A DNA stretch of 64,000 nt from a bacterium (GCA_020350205.1 CP070707.1:3624381-3688380), one strand, 5' to 3'. Shown: positions 40,461 to 50,323, counted from the first letter of the stretch. A program made the numbers and translations. The notes: generated by a model from the sequence alone, not told the origin.

Positions 40461-41309
40461 ATGGCAAGAGGCTCTATTAGTCGAGCAAGTCAATCACTGG
40501 ACAAGTATTTACAGGAAATAGGAGAGGTGCCTCTTCTCTCTCCCCAGGAAGAAATTGAGTTGGCGAGGCTGATTAAAGAAGGGGATCAGCTTTCTCTGGA
40601 GAAGTTGACCAAAGCGAATTTGCGCTTTGTGGTCAGCGTGGCAAAACAGTACCAAAACCAGGGCCTATCATTAGGCGATTTAATCAATGAAGGGAATTTG
40701 GGACTGATAAAAGCCGCCAAACGATTTGATGAAACCAGAGGATTCAAGTTTATCTCATATGCCGTGTGGTGGATTCGCCAAAGTATCCTGCAAGCACTGG
40801 CCGAGCAATCCCGGGTGGTCCGCCTTCCCCTTAACCGGGTGGGCGCACTTAATAAGATTGGAAAGGCTTATTCCGCGCTGGAACAGGAGTTCGAGCGGGA
40901 ACCAAGCCCCAGTGAGATCGCAGATCAGCTGGAAATGACGGATTTCGAAGTGGCGGATACCCTGAAAATTTCAGGACGGCATTTGAGTATGGATGCACCG
41001 TTCAGCAACAGTGAGGATAACCGCTTGCTGGATGTAATTCAGAACGATCATCTTCCGCCTCCGGACGATGATCTGATGGATGAATCTTTGCGTGTGGAAA
41101 TTGACCGGGCACTGGCAACCCTGACCAAGCGTGAAGCTGAAGTGGTAAGGCTCTATTTCGGCCTCGGTCAGGAGCATCCCTTAACGCTGGAAGAAATCGG
41201 TGAACGCTTTAACCTGACCCGCGAACGGGTAAGACAGATTAAAGAGAAAGCGATTCGCCGCCTCAGACATACTTCCCGCAGCCGCGCCCTGCGCGCTTTT
41301 CTTGGATAA
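40461..41309 (+). CDS. RNA polymerase sigma-70 family factor (regions 1.2-4; RpoD/RpoS-like, 282 aa)
   Basis: Region 2 ([37 protein letters not shown]...[13 protein letters not shown]), region 3 and the region 4 helix-turn-helix ([29 protein letters not shown]). GGAGG ribosome-binding site. Confidence 0.85.
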   Translation: MARGSISRASQSLDKYLQEIGEVPLLSPQEEIELARLIKEGDQLSLEKLTKANLRFVVSVAKQYQNQGLSLGDLINEGNLGLIKAAKRFDETRGFKFISYAVWWIRQSILQALAEQSRVVRLPLNRVGALNKIGKAYSALEQEFEREPSPSEIADQLEMTDFEVADTLKISGRHLSMDAPFSNSEDNRLLDVIQNDHLPPPDDDLMDESLRVEIDRALATLTKREAEVVRLYFGLGQEHPLTLEEIGERFNLTRERVRQIKEKAIRRLRHTSRSRALRAFLG

Positions 41310-41337
41310 ATTCCTGCAAAAAGACTGTTCTTTGCAA

Positions 41338-41369
41338 AACCCGGGATCATGTGATTCCGGGTTTTTTTA
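41338..41369 (+). terminator. Rho-independent terminator after the sigma factor gene
   Basis: AACCCGGGATCATGTGATTCCGGG followed by TTTTTTT, about 30 nt after the stop. Confidence 0.65.
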
Positions 41370-41395
41370 TGGCCTGAAATTAATAGAATACACCG

Positions 41396-41409
41396 GCCTG
41401 CCGGCAGGC
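41396..41409. repeat. 14-bp perfect palindrome GCCTGCCGGCAGGC
   Basis: Read directly from the sequence. A 12-bp version, CCTGCCGGCAGG, recurs at 42788..42799. Confidence 0.3.
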
Positions 41410-41534
41410 AGGGATAAAACGGATTATTGCTGATTATCGCCGGCAAAATTTATTAGGCGAAAGCGAATTTTTTGGATATTTTAGTCTTGAAATCATTAAT
41501 TTTTGAATTTTATTTTTGGGGTAGTTACCGAAAA

Positions 41535-41599
41535 TGTCAATTCGAGTAACTAGGAATTCAATAATATAGTTCTGTAAAACATTAATATTCACGAGATAA
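41535..41599 (+). repeat. Intergenic element E3 of the TGTCAWTTCGAG-box family
   Basis: 5' box TGTCAATTCGAG flanked by the GTTAC...GTAAC inverted repeat. 3' box CGAGATAA at 41592..41599. About 130 nt upstream of the KH-protein gene. Confidence 0.3.
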
Positions 41600-41729
41600 T
41601 TTAAGTCTAATCAAATAGATACGAATTTTGTACAGAATTAATTCAACCCGCTATGCAAATAAAAAATATTTAAATTTTCCTAGTTTGCTGCAGTTTGATT
41701 AAATTGTAACAAATAAACGGATATCCCCT

Positions 41730-41963
41730 ATGAAAGAGCTTGTGGAATTTATCATCAAAAACCTGGTTGATAAGCCCGACGAAGTGCACGTCAATGAAAT
41801 AATTGGCAAGCAAATAATTATCTTCGAATTACGAGTGGGCAAAGGAGATATGGGAAAGGTAATTGGGAAGGGCGGGCAAACCGCCAGATCGATCCGAACC
41901 CTTCTATCGGCAGTTGCCGCAAAACAAAGGAAACGGGCGGTCTTGGAAATTTTGGAAGATTAA
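41730..41963 (+). CDS. KH-domain RNA-binding protein (YlqC/UPF0109 family)
   Basis: 77 aa with the KH GxxG loop ([15 protein letters not shown]), typical of UPF0109 proteins. Confidence 0.75.
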   Translation: MKELVEFIIKNLVDKPDEVHVNEIIGKQIIIFELRVGKGDMGKVIGKGGQTARSIRTLLSAVAAKQRKRAVLEILED

Positions 41964-42057
41964 ATAGCGTAAAAATTAAAAATACTTGAAAAGCAGCTTA
42001 TTCTTGAATGGGCGATGAATTAAGTCGTTAATATGACGGGCAAAGAAGGGGTGTATC

Positions 42058-42438
42058 ATGAACATTTATGTAGGTAACCTCGCAAGTGATGTCAGCGATA
42101 ATGATTTAAGGCAGACATTTGAGGTTTACGGACGGGTCTCATCTGCCACAGTGATTAAAGATAAGCTCAGTGGCGAATCCCGGGGCTTCGGATTTGTAGA
42201 AATGCCTTACAAAGATGAGGCGCAATCTGCCATCGAAGGCTTGAATGGTGAAGATTTAAAAGGACAAAGCCTGCATGTGAATGAGGCACGTCCCCGCCCC
42301 GAAAACCGTGGCGGTCGGGGAGGATATGGGGGCGGACGAGGCGGCGGCAAAGGGGGATATGGGGGCAACAAGGGAGGATATGGCGGTGGAAAAGGGAAAT
42401 ATGGCCCGGGCGGCGGCGGACGAAGAGGTAACAGATAA
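42058..42438 (+). CDS. Glycine-rich RNA-binding protein with one RRM domain
   Basis: RNP-2 IYVGNL and RNP-1 RGFGFVEM motifs. C-terminal RGG/GYGG-rich tail. Confidence 0.85.
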   Translation: MNIYVGNLASDVSDNDLRQTFEVYGRVSSATVIKDKLSGESRGFGFVEMPYKDEAQSAIEGLNGEDLKGQSLHVNEARPRPENRGGRGGYGGGRGGGKGGYGGNKGGYGGGKGKYGPGGGGRRGNR

Positions 42439-42787
42439 TCATAAACGGGTGCGGTTTTTCATCAGCGGCAGATAAAAATAGTACTTCATCGTATATATTG
42501 TTTCTGCGAACAAGATCTTCCGGTACAGCATGAGAATACTCCTTAATTTTGAGGCTGTCTTAGTGTCTTCCTGATTGTATTCATCCCCGAGGATCACCCC
42601 CGGTCCGTGCTTTCCCAGCCCAAAATAATCTTCACCATCCATTACAATTTATTACCCGTTGGGTATAATTCGGTGGAATTAAATGACTGTAGGGCAAAAA
42701 AAGAGTGTCATTCCTCTCCTGTACTTATGTTTTAGTGCAGGAGAAAAATCTTGATTGGTTGTATCGGAACAAAACCTTTCCTGTCCG

Positions 42788-42799
42788 CCTGCCGGCAGG
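42788..42799. repeat. 12-bp palindrome CCTGCCGGCAGG, second copy
   Basis: Read directly from the sequence, in the 615-bp intergenic region downstream of the RRM gene. Confidence 0.3.
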
Positions 42800-43053
42800 G
42801 TGGCCAGTCGGGTGCTCCCCTCAGGATGACATGTAAAATAATTCTATCTTTTTATTGGACCTGGTTATATACTTAATTTTTGGTCTGCATAACGGGTAAA
42901 TTATTAAAAATTTTATCCGTGTAAATCTGTTTAATTTAGTGTTATCCCTGATAGACGGCAGGCCTGTTCAAGCTGTACTGCAGTTAAAAAACGTCTTGAC
43001 CGGGAAAGGCCGTCGATATATTTTGCAGTGAACGAATTACAAGGTTTAATTTT

Positions 43054-44751
43054 ATGCCGAAATTATCCATCTGTACGCTGCTTTTAATTTTGTCTTTCTG
43101 CCTTTTGAGCATGGCGGCTGAAGACGCCAGGGATTTTACCCTGCATGTCTTTTTCTCCAACGATGTTCATGGTGGCATTGTCCAACAGTCCGCAGAATTT
43201 TTAAACCCGGAATTTCCGCCGGATCTGGGCGGGGGGGCCTCGGTAATGGGTATCGTGAAACCGGTACGAGAAAAATTACAGGAAACGGGTGACGCCTCTT
43301 TGTTTATCGATTCCGGTGATATTTTTCAGGGAACCCTGGTGGGAACGCTTTCAAAAGGCAGGGTGATGATTGAATACATGAATATGGCAGGTTATGATGC
43401 CTGTGTACCCGGTAATCACGATTTTGATCTGGGCGCCGATAATCTGCAGGAACTGATTGCCGCATCCGATTTTGCCTGGGTCTGTTGCAATATAGTCGAT
43501 AAAAAAACCGGAGAGATCTGGTCACCCTTAAAGCCCTATGTGATTAAGGAAGTGAATGGGGTCAGGATTGGCATTACCGGCACCACCACGATCGGGACAG
43601 AACAGATGAGTTTCCCGGAAAACATCAAGGGATTGGATTTTCTTCCCGAAATCCCGGCCCTCCAGAAAACAGTCAATATCCTTCGGCAATCAGAGAAAGT
43701 CGATCTGGTGGTCGCGCTGGTTCATACCGGATTGCCCTATGATCGCCGGGAGGGATACCGGGAACTGTTGAATACGACTTATGAGGAAGTCCTAGAACGA
43801 AATTATGCCAATGCCATGGAAATTGCCCATTTTGTGGGTGGAATCGACATCCTGCTGGGTGGCCATCTGCACCGCGGTTACCAGGAGCCCTGGGTGGATC
43901 CGATAAATCACACCATTTGTATCCAGAATTATGGAAATGGGGGTAATCTGGGATGGCTGAAGGTTCACATTGAGCGGAATACCCGCTCCATCAGCGGTTA
44001 CGATTTACCGGCCGATCAGAACACCTTGTTGTTATTGCAACAGGACGAATTCTGGCCGGACAGTGCGGTGGCGGAATATATCCAGGGACAGCAGTTGATT
44101 TACGAAAAAGAATTCCGGGAAGTAATTGGCGAATCGAAATCCACCCTCAGTCGCAGCAGCTTCGGAGAGTCGCCCATGTACAACCTGGTGACTGACGCTA
44201 TGAGAGTTCGGGTAAAAGCGGATTTTTCCTTTACCAATTACGGGGGTGTTCGGGCGGACATCAAAGCCGGTCCCATTACCCGCGAGGACATCTTCAGGGT
44301 ACTGCCCTTCGGAAATCAGATTGTGGAATTTCAGGCCAGCGGGGGATTCCTAAAATCAATTATAGAAGAAAAAATTAAGGGCAATCGACGGGGACTGGCC
44401 ATTTCCGGGGGTACGATAGTCTATAATACAACCCGCCCTGATGGAGACCGTATCGCAGAATTTCTGATTAATGGACAGCCTTTACTGGCAGATCAAACCT
44501 ACTGGGTGGCCACCACTGACTACCTGATGGAAGGAAATTCCGGCATGCCCATGTTACGGGATATTCCTGATGAAGCGGTGGCTTATACCGGTATTCTGTT
44601 ACGGGAGGCAGTAATCGAATATGTGCAGCAGAATTCGCCGCTGCAAATTGAATTGCAGGGACGTTGGGATAAAGATGAGGGTGCTCAGCCAGATCCGGAA
44701 TGGCGGAAGCAGTTTGAAAAGGCAGATCGGGTCTCACTGCAAGAAAAGTAG
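43054..44751 (+). CDS. Bifunctional metallophosphatase/5'-nucleotidase family protein (UshA-like), secreted
   Basis: N-terminal metallophosphoesterase motifs (NDVHGG, GDIFQG, GNHDFDLG, GGHLH) and a C-terminal 5'-nucleotidase substrate-binding domain. Signal peptide. Confidence 0.8.
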   Translation: MPKLSICTLLLILSFCLLSMAAEDARDFTLHVFFSNDVHGGIVQQSAEFLNPEFPPDLGGGASVMGIVKPVREKLQETGDASLFIDSGDIFQGTLVGTLSKGRVMIEYMNMAGYDACVPGNHDFDLGADNLQELIAASDFAWVCCNIVDKKTGEIWSPLKPYVIKEVNGVRIGITGTTTIGTEQMSFPENIKGLDFLPEIPALQKTVNILRQSEKVDLVVALVHTGLPYDRREGYRELLNTTYEEVLERNYANAMEIAHFVGGIDILLGGHLHRGYQEPWVDPINHTICIQNYGNGGNLGWLKVHIERNTRSISGYDLPADQNTLLLLQQDEFWPDSAVAEYIQGQQLIYEKEFREVIGESKSTLSRSSFGESPMYNLVTDAMRVRVKADFSFTNYGGVRADIKAGPITREDIFRVLPFGNQIVEFQASGGFLKSIIEEKIKGNRRGLAISGGTIVYNTTRPDGDRIAEFLINGQPLLADQTYWVATTDYLMEGNSGMPMLRDIPDEAVAYTGILLREAVIEYVQQNSPLQIELQGRWDKDEGAQPDPEWRKQFEKADRVSLQEK

Positions 44752-44938
44752 GGAGTTATTGGGTCATGGTTTTAGGGTATTAGAAACTGGAAATGATTTA
44801 GTTCAAAAAATCTTATTCGGTCGGGATGGAGCCACGCACACTAAACCCCAAATTCTGAATCCTATATCCTGATTTTTCATCTTTGATATTTTACATTCAG
44901 GATCTTCACCAAAGTCCTATCCCTTAAACTCGGGCTTT

Positions 44939-45880
44939 CTAAATCAAAAGTACCAACGCCAGGCCAACTACCAGCTGCAGCGAGAAAACCATGTGAATCT
45001 GAACGTTCAAGCCGGCTGCATTTCGCAGGGCCGCAGGATTGTCATGTTTTCTAAATATAGCATGGACTACTTTAGGGAAAAAGAGCAGGTAAGGCAGTAA
45101 GCAGATCAAAATGATCCAACCAGTTCCCCCCAACTGCCAGGCCAGCACCACGACATTCAAAATCAGGATGATCTGCACCAGCGTATATAAAGCGGCCGTA
45201 AATCGGCTACCCCGGCGAACCGCCACTCCCCATTTACCGGCTTCTTTGTCAGCAGGCAGGTCAATGAGTTGTCCGACCAGCAAAATAGAGAGGGTGCTGA
45301 TTCCGGTTAGCGGCATGGCCAGTAAGATAATTGGATGAAATCCCACGTTCTGACTGACGGCGGCCACCAGAATGGCCATAGGTCCGAAGGCGAACCAGAC
45401 CGATATTTCGCCCCATCCCCGTGACGCCAGTTTAACCGGCGCGGCGGTGTAATATTTGCTGAAGAAGGCAGAAAGGACATACAAACCCCACAGGGTGGGC
45501 CAGAGTGCTTTCTTCACCAGGAACATGAGACCGATGGTGCAAAGCAAAGCGACAACCAGGCTGATCCGGGCAATACGATACATTTTGGGCAAGATGTGGG
45601 GAAATTGAATGATTAAACCCGAACCACCGCTGAACTCGTTGCGGTGACGATTTATTTTGTCAGTTCCCTGCAGAGTATCATAGATATCATTATAGACGTT
45701 CGTAGCTGTATGCAGCGTTAATCCCATCACGGTGACCAGGAAAAAAGCATAGATGTTAAACTGGTCGGTGATGATAACAGACAGGAGCGTGCCGGCAAAA
45801 ATGGGGGCCAGGATGGAGGAGAAAAAAGGTGCCCGGATCATCTGCGCCAGACTGGGATTCTCTTTATTTTCAACCATCAT
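44939..45880 (-). CDS. UbiA-family aromatic prenyltransferase, MenA-like
   Basis: Polytopic membrane protein. First Asp-rich motif NDIYDTLQGTD (NDxxDxxxGxD type as in MenA) and second motif DLPAD. Confidence 0.75.
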   Translation of the reverse strand: MMVENKENPSLAQMIRAPFFSSILAPIFAGTLLSVIITDQFNIYAFFLVTVMGLTLHTATNVYNDIYDTLQGTDKINRHRNEFSGGSGLIIQFPHILPKMYRIARISLVVALLCTIGLMFLVKKALWPTLWGLYVLSAFFSKYYTAAPVKLASRGWGEISVWFAFGPMAILVAAVSQNVGFHPIILLAMPLTGISTLSILLVGQLIDLPADKEAGKWGVAVRRGSRFTAALYTLVQIILILNVVVLAWQLGGTGWIILICLLPYLLFFPKVVHAIFRKHDNPAALRNAAGLNVQIHMVFSLQLVVGLALVLLI

Positions 45881-45964
45881 GAGTCAATTTTTTTATAAGA
45901 GGATATTTTCTCGCAATTTTTCGTTTTACTTTCAATGGTCTGATTTGTTTCGAACGGGGATTCG

Positions 45965-46960
45965 ATGATAACCAAACTGACTCAAATATGGCGACCGGAA
46001 GGCTACCACGGAAACGAAAAGAAAAATAATTTCTTTGAGGGATGGTTCTTTAAGCTGGTAGACAAATCCCGGCAACATGTCTATGCAGTGATTCCGGGAA
46101 TTTTCAGGGGCTCGAAACCGGAAGAATCGCATGCATTTATTCAGGTTCTGGATGGGAAAACTCACACCTCTTCGTACCATAAATTTTCCACGAACCAGTT
46201 TCAGGCGGCGTCCGACAAACTCCACATACAGATTGATTCCAACCATTTCTCGAAAAATGAAATCTCTTTAAACATAGAATCCCAAGAACGTATTATGAAG
46301 GGAAAAGTCATATTGAAAGACTTGCAGCCCTGGCCGGTAAAATTGTTTGCACCGGGAGTGATGGGCTGGTATGCTTTTGTACCGTTTATGGAGTGCTTTC
46401 ATGGTATTTTAAGCCTGGATCATCCGCTCTCCGGACGGTTGCAGATGGATACCGGAACGATTACTTTCGAGGGAGGACGTGGATATATAGAAAAAGACTG
46501 GGGTAAATCTTTTCCCGAAGCGTATATCTGGATGCAGTGCAATCATTTTAGGGAGAGCGGCATCAGCCTCAGCGCCTCCATTGCCAAGATTCCCTGGTTA
46601 ACCGGGGCCTTTCGCGGATTTATCATCGGGTTATGGTGGGACGGCAGGCTGTATCCCTTTACCACCTATAATGGTGCCCGACTGAACCAGGTATCGGTTC
46701 AAGAAAAACAGATTGATTTTGAAGCGGAAAGCGGGAAATATTTACTGAGGGTAAAAGCAAACAGAATCACTCAGGGACAACTTCGAGGTCCCTACCAGAA
46801 TCAAATGCTGAGCCATGTCTCTGAATCACTGGACTCTCGATTGACCCTGGAATTTTATGAAAAAAGGGGGAGTACCATGAAAGAGGTTCTCAGAATTTCA
46901 GGTGAACCTGCAGCAGTTGAAGCAAATGGGAAGCTGAAGGAGATTACGGATGAGTACTGA
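45965..46960 (+). CDS. Tocopherol cyclase-like protein (Tocopherol_cycl family)
   Basis: N-terminal PEGYHGN...NFFEGWFFKLV matches the plant/cyanobacterial VTE1 signature SGYHF...FFEGWYF(R/K)V. 331 aa. Divergent from the prenyltransferase, with an 84-bp shared upstream region. Confidence 0.65.
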   Translation: MITKLTQIWRPEGYHGNEKKNNFFEGWFFKLVDKSRQHVYAVIPGIFRGSKPEESHAFIQVLDGKTHTSSYHKFSTNQFQAASDKLHIQIDSNHFSKNEISLNIESQERIMKGKVILKDLQPWPVKLFAPGVMGWYAFVPFMECFHGILSLDHPLSGRLQMDTGTITFEGGRGYIEKDWGKSFPEAYIWMQCNHFRESGISLSASIAKIPWLTGAFRGFIIGLWWDGRLYPFTTYNGARLNQVSVQEKQIDFEAESGKYLLRVKANRITQGQLRGPYQNQMLSHVSESLDSRLTLEFYEKRGSTMKEVLRISGEPAAVEANGKLKEITDEY

Positions 46961-47014
46961 AAGCTTTTCGGGAAATGTGTATCAGGGGTAGAGCCATTGA
47001 AATTTAAACTTAAT

Positions 47015-47146
47015 TGTCATTTCGAGTCCTGCCAGAGCGGGAAGAAATCTTCCTTAATTAACTGATCTCTCCCCTCCCAAGCACCCAAAGTTATTATGAG
47101 GAGACGGTCAATTATTAAAAATTGGGTGCTCGCTCGCTCGAGATAA
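47015..47146 (+). repeat. Intergenic element E2 of the TGTCAWTTCGAG-box family
   Basis: 5' box TGTCATTTCGAG. Palindrome GGAAGAAATCTTCC (47040..47053). 9-bp inverted repeat AGCACCCAA (47080..47088) / TTGGGTGCT (47122..47130). 3' box CGAGATAA (47139..47146). About 180 nt upstream of the TPR gene. Confidence 0.3.
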
Positions 47147-47323
47147 CAAAAAAATCTTAATTTCAGAATAATTTGGGATTAAACATCTACGGCAAGAAAA
47201 AGTAAAACACATGGAAATAAACGGAAAATTTATAATTTCTATACTTTCGCCCCGCATTTAAAACCCTTTGAGAATATAGTGGTGTAATTGTATATTTATG
47301 GTCGATCAATCAGTGGAGTATCG

Positions 47324-50323
47324 ATGAACAAATTGATTCAAACCCTGCTTATCCTGTTTCTGATTTTCCAGATGGGAGTGGGGCAGGTATCCAAGCTTGA
47401 GAAGCAAGACTACCTTACCGCCCGCGGCATGTTTGATGATGGCATGTATGAACTGGCCTTGCAGCAACTCATGAACTTCAATGAAAATTATCCCGGCAGT
47501 GCCTTGCGAGAAGAAGTCCATTTTTTGCAGGGAGAATGTTATTTTTATCTGGGACAATATCCAGAAGCGGTTCAAAAGTATCAGCAACACCTGGATGATT
47601 TTCCTGCCGGGACCCTCTCCGATGAAGCTCTCTACCGGATCGGACTTTCTTATTATAAAAACAACCAGTTTTTACCGGCCATTTCACATTTTCAAAAGTT
47701 TATCTTAAACTATCCTGCCCACGAAATGGCCGCAGAGAGTTATTACTGGATGGGGGAAAGTTATTATAAACTGAAACAATTAGATAAAGCCGAAGCGGCA
47801 TATTTACAATGTATCCGTAAATATCCTAACGCTGACATAAAAGCCTATTCGTATTACAGCCTGGGCTGGATCTATCAGGATACCGGCCGCCCCGAGGAAG
47901 CCCTCGATGTGTACCGTAAACTGGTCACAGAATTTCCAAACCACAACCTAAGTTTGGAAGCCTATTTTATTCAGGGCAACATTTATTATCAAATGGGCCG
48001 TTATGATGAAGCGATTGAAGTAACCTTGCAGGGATTAAAACGTGATACCGAAAGCCAGTTTAAACCGCAGGGCCTGTTCTTGATCGGTGAAGCAACCTAT
48101 GCCAAGGGAGAAGTCCAAAAAGCCCGGGAGCTGTATCAACAGATCAGCCGGGAATTCCCTTATCATGAAATATACTGGCAGGCCCAGTTTTCGCTGGGGT
48201 GGACCTATTTTGTCGAAGAAAAATATGATCAGGCATTTGAGCTTTTCCAGGGTGTCGTAACCAATCGCCGGAATGATACGGTTGGAATCAAAGCCCTTTT
48301 CTATTCGGCATTCTGCCAGCGGAAGATGAACAATTATCAATCGGCAGATCAGTTATTTAATCAACTGGTCATTACTCACCCCTCCAGTGAGTTTGCCGAC
48401 GACGCATTGTATGAGCAGGCCGGCATGGCTTTTGAACAGCAGAATTACCGGGAATCGCTGAATTATTTGAATAAATTGATCGATATTTACCCGGAAAGTG
48501 AACTGGCCCCCCATGCCCGCAAGATGAGCGCCGATAATCATATCGGCCTGAATGAATATCGTCAGGCCTTGCAGGCCCTCAATGCTATTCAGGATCCTCC
48601 GCAGGAACTGAAGCAGGAAATCATATTTAAACGGGGCTGGTGTTCGTTCCAGCTGGGCGAATTTTCGCAGTCCTCCCGAAGCCTGCAACTCTTTCTCAGT
48701 GAATTTCCGGAAGGAGAGCTGGCACCGGAGGTTCAGTACTGGTTGGGAGAAGCTCTTTACAACGAAGGCCGTTACAACGATGCCCTGAAAGCTTACCAGG
48801 CTTATCTGAAAAAATATCCCAAACATGAATTCGCTAATGATGCCCGATACGGGATTGCGTGGAGTTACTATCAATTAAGTTTGTATAAAGAAGCCATCCG
48901 CTCTTTCAATGAACTGGCCGGAAGCAGCACCAAGGAAATGTACCAGTCGGATGCTATTTTGCGCAATGCGGATGCCTATTTTGCCCAGAAGATGTACGGC
49001 GATGCCCAGACATTTTATCAAAGGTATTTGCAACGTTTTCCGTCCGGCATAGAAAAAGACTGGGCTCGCTTTCAGATGGGGATGTGTTATTTCAAGCAGG
49101 AAAAATATGGCGATGCCCGGGTACAGTTTCAGAATCTGCTGAGTGATACCCGGAAGGGCGAGTACGATGAGAACGCCCGCTATCTGATAGCCCGGAGCTA
49201 CTTTATGCAGAACGATTTTGACCGGGCCATCAATACTTATAAAGAATTTGTAAAAGCATATCCGCAAAGCGACCTGCTTCCCCGGGTATATTATGAAATT
49301 GGGGATGGGTTTTATAACAAGCGTGATTTCCGGGCGGCTATGGTCTGGTATGAAGACGTTATTAGAAAATATCCGGACAGTGCCGTGCTGGGAGAAGCAA
49401 TCAATGGCCTGCAGTGGTCGGCAATGCAAATGGGAGAGGTGGATCAGGCGTTCAAGGTAGCCGATCAATATATTAAAAATAATCCTCAAAGCCAGCTAAG
49501 CCAGGAACTGTTACTGCGCCGGGGAGATTTCTATTTTGGCCTCAACCGTTACCAGGAAGCTATTTATGCCTATCAGAATTTTCTGCGTAGTTATCCGGGA
49601 TCCCTCATGGCACCGAAAGCCCAGTACTGGATTGGTCTGAGTTATTATAATTTAAATCAACCGGAGGATGCAGTCGGGGCTTTTAATAAATTAGCCCGGC
49701 AATATCCGGATAGCGATGTGGTGCCGGACGCGCTCTTCCAATTGGGGGTTATCAATCGCGATAAAAACCAGTATGATCAGTCTATCAGCGACTTTAACCG
49801 GATTCTTACCGGCAAAACCCGGCGCAGCCAGGATCCTTCATTTGTCAGTGAGGTTTATTATCAACAAGGCCAGACCTATCTCAAACAGGGTGAAGATATC
49901 AAGGCGCAGACGGTATTTCAAAAATCGATCGATAGTCAAAGAGGTTCCTTCAGTGCCTACCAGGCCCGGATTGAGCTAGCCAGGATTCTGGCCCGATCCC
50001 AGAAAATTGAAGCAGCCCGGGATGCCTTGAACGAAGTTATACAGGATCGTAATGATGAATTGGCTGCTCAGGCCCAGAAAGTTCTTGGGGATGTCTATTT
50101 TAATGCGGGAAATTACCCGGAGGCGCTTACCAATTATCTGCGGGTAAAATATGTTTATCAGGGCTATCCCAGCTGGGTAGCAAATGCTTTGTTTTCGGCA
50201 GGAACTACTCATGAGAAAATGAATCAGGTTGATGAAGCAAAAAAGCTGTATCAGGAAGTGGTGAATAAATATCCGGCTGAGAAAATCAGTGAAAAAGCCC
50301 GGGAAAGATTGGCGGCCTTATGA
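47324..50323 (+). CDS. Large tetratricopeptide-repeat protein, secreted or periplasmic
   Basis: Signal peptide MNKLIQTLLILFLIFQ, then about 25 TPR units with recurring Y(Y/W)xGxxYY/A-x-x-Y patterns. Start placed at the internal ATG 47324 that carries the signal peptide. Confidence 0.8.
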   Translation: MNKLIQTLLILFLIFQMGVGQVSKLEKQDYLTARGMFDDGMYELALQQLMNFNENYPGSALREEVHFLQGECYFYLGQYPEAVQKYQQHLDDFPAGTLSDEALYRIGLSYYKNNQFLPAISHFQKFILNYPAHEMAAESYYWMGESYYKLKQLDKAEAAYLQCIRKYPNADIKAYSYYSLGWIYQDTGRPEEALDVYRKLVTEFPNHNLSLEAYFIQGNIYYQMGRYDEAIEVTLQGLKRDTESQFKPQGLFLIGEATYAKGEVQKARELYQQISREFPYHEIYWQAQFSLGWTYFVEEKYDQAFELFQGVVTNRRNDTVGIKALFYSAFCQRKMNNYQSADQLFNQLVITHPSSEFADDALYEQAGMAFEQQNYRESLNYLNKLIDIYPESELAPHARKMSADNHIGLNEYRQALQALNAIQDPPQELKQEIIFKRGWCSFQLGEFSQSSRSLQLFLSEFPEGELAPEVQYWLGEALYNEGRYNDALKAYQAYLKKYPKHEFANDARYGIAWSYYQLSLYKEAIRSFNELAGSSTKEMYQSDAILRNADAYFAQKMYGDAQTFYQRYLQRFPSGIEKDWARFQMGMCYFKQEKYGDARVQFQNLLSDTRKGEYDENARYLIARSYFMQNDFDRAINTYKEFVKAYPQSDLLPRVYYEIGDGFYNKRDFRAAMVWYEDVIRKYPDSAVLGEAINGLQWSAMQMGEVDQAFKVADQYIKNNPQSQLSQELLLRRGDFYFGLNRYQEAIYAYQNFLRSYPGSLMAPKAQYWIGLSYYNLNQPEDAVGAFNKLARQYPDSDVVPDALFQLGVINRDKNQYDQSISDFNRILTGKTRRSQDPSFVSEVYYQQGQTYLKQGEDIKAQTVFQKSIDSQRGSFSAYQARIELARILARSQKIEAARDALNEVIQDRNDELAAQAQKVLGDVYFNAGNYPEALTNYLRVKYVYQGYPSWVANALFSAGTTHEKMNQVDEAKKLYQEVVNKYPAEKISEKARERLAAL

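Noticed and set aside
47020-47040. tRNA T-loop-like string TTCGAGTCCTGCC
   Set aside because: No acceptor or anticodon arms can be assembled around it. It is part of element E2, not a tRNA.
48035-49489. Three long minus-strand ORFs (101, 173 and 204 aa) inside the TPR gene
   Set aside because: They are antisense to a repetitive TPR coding region, which commonly yields long spurious antisense ORFs.
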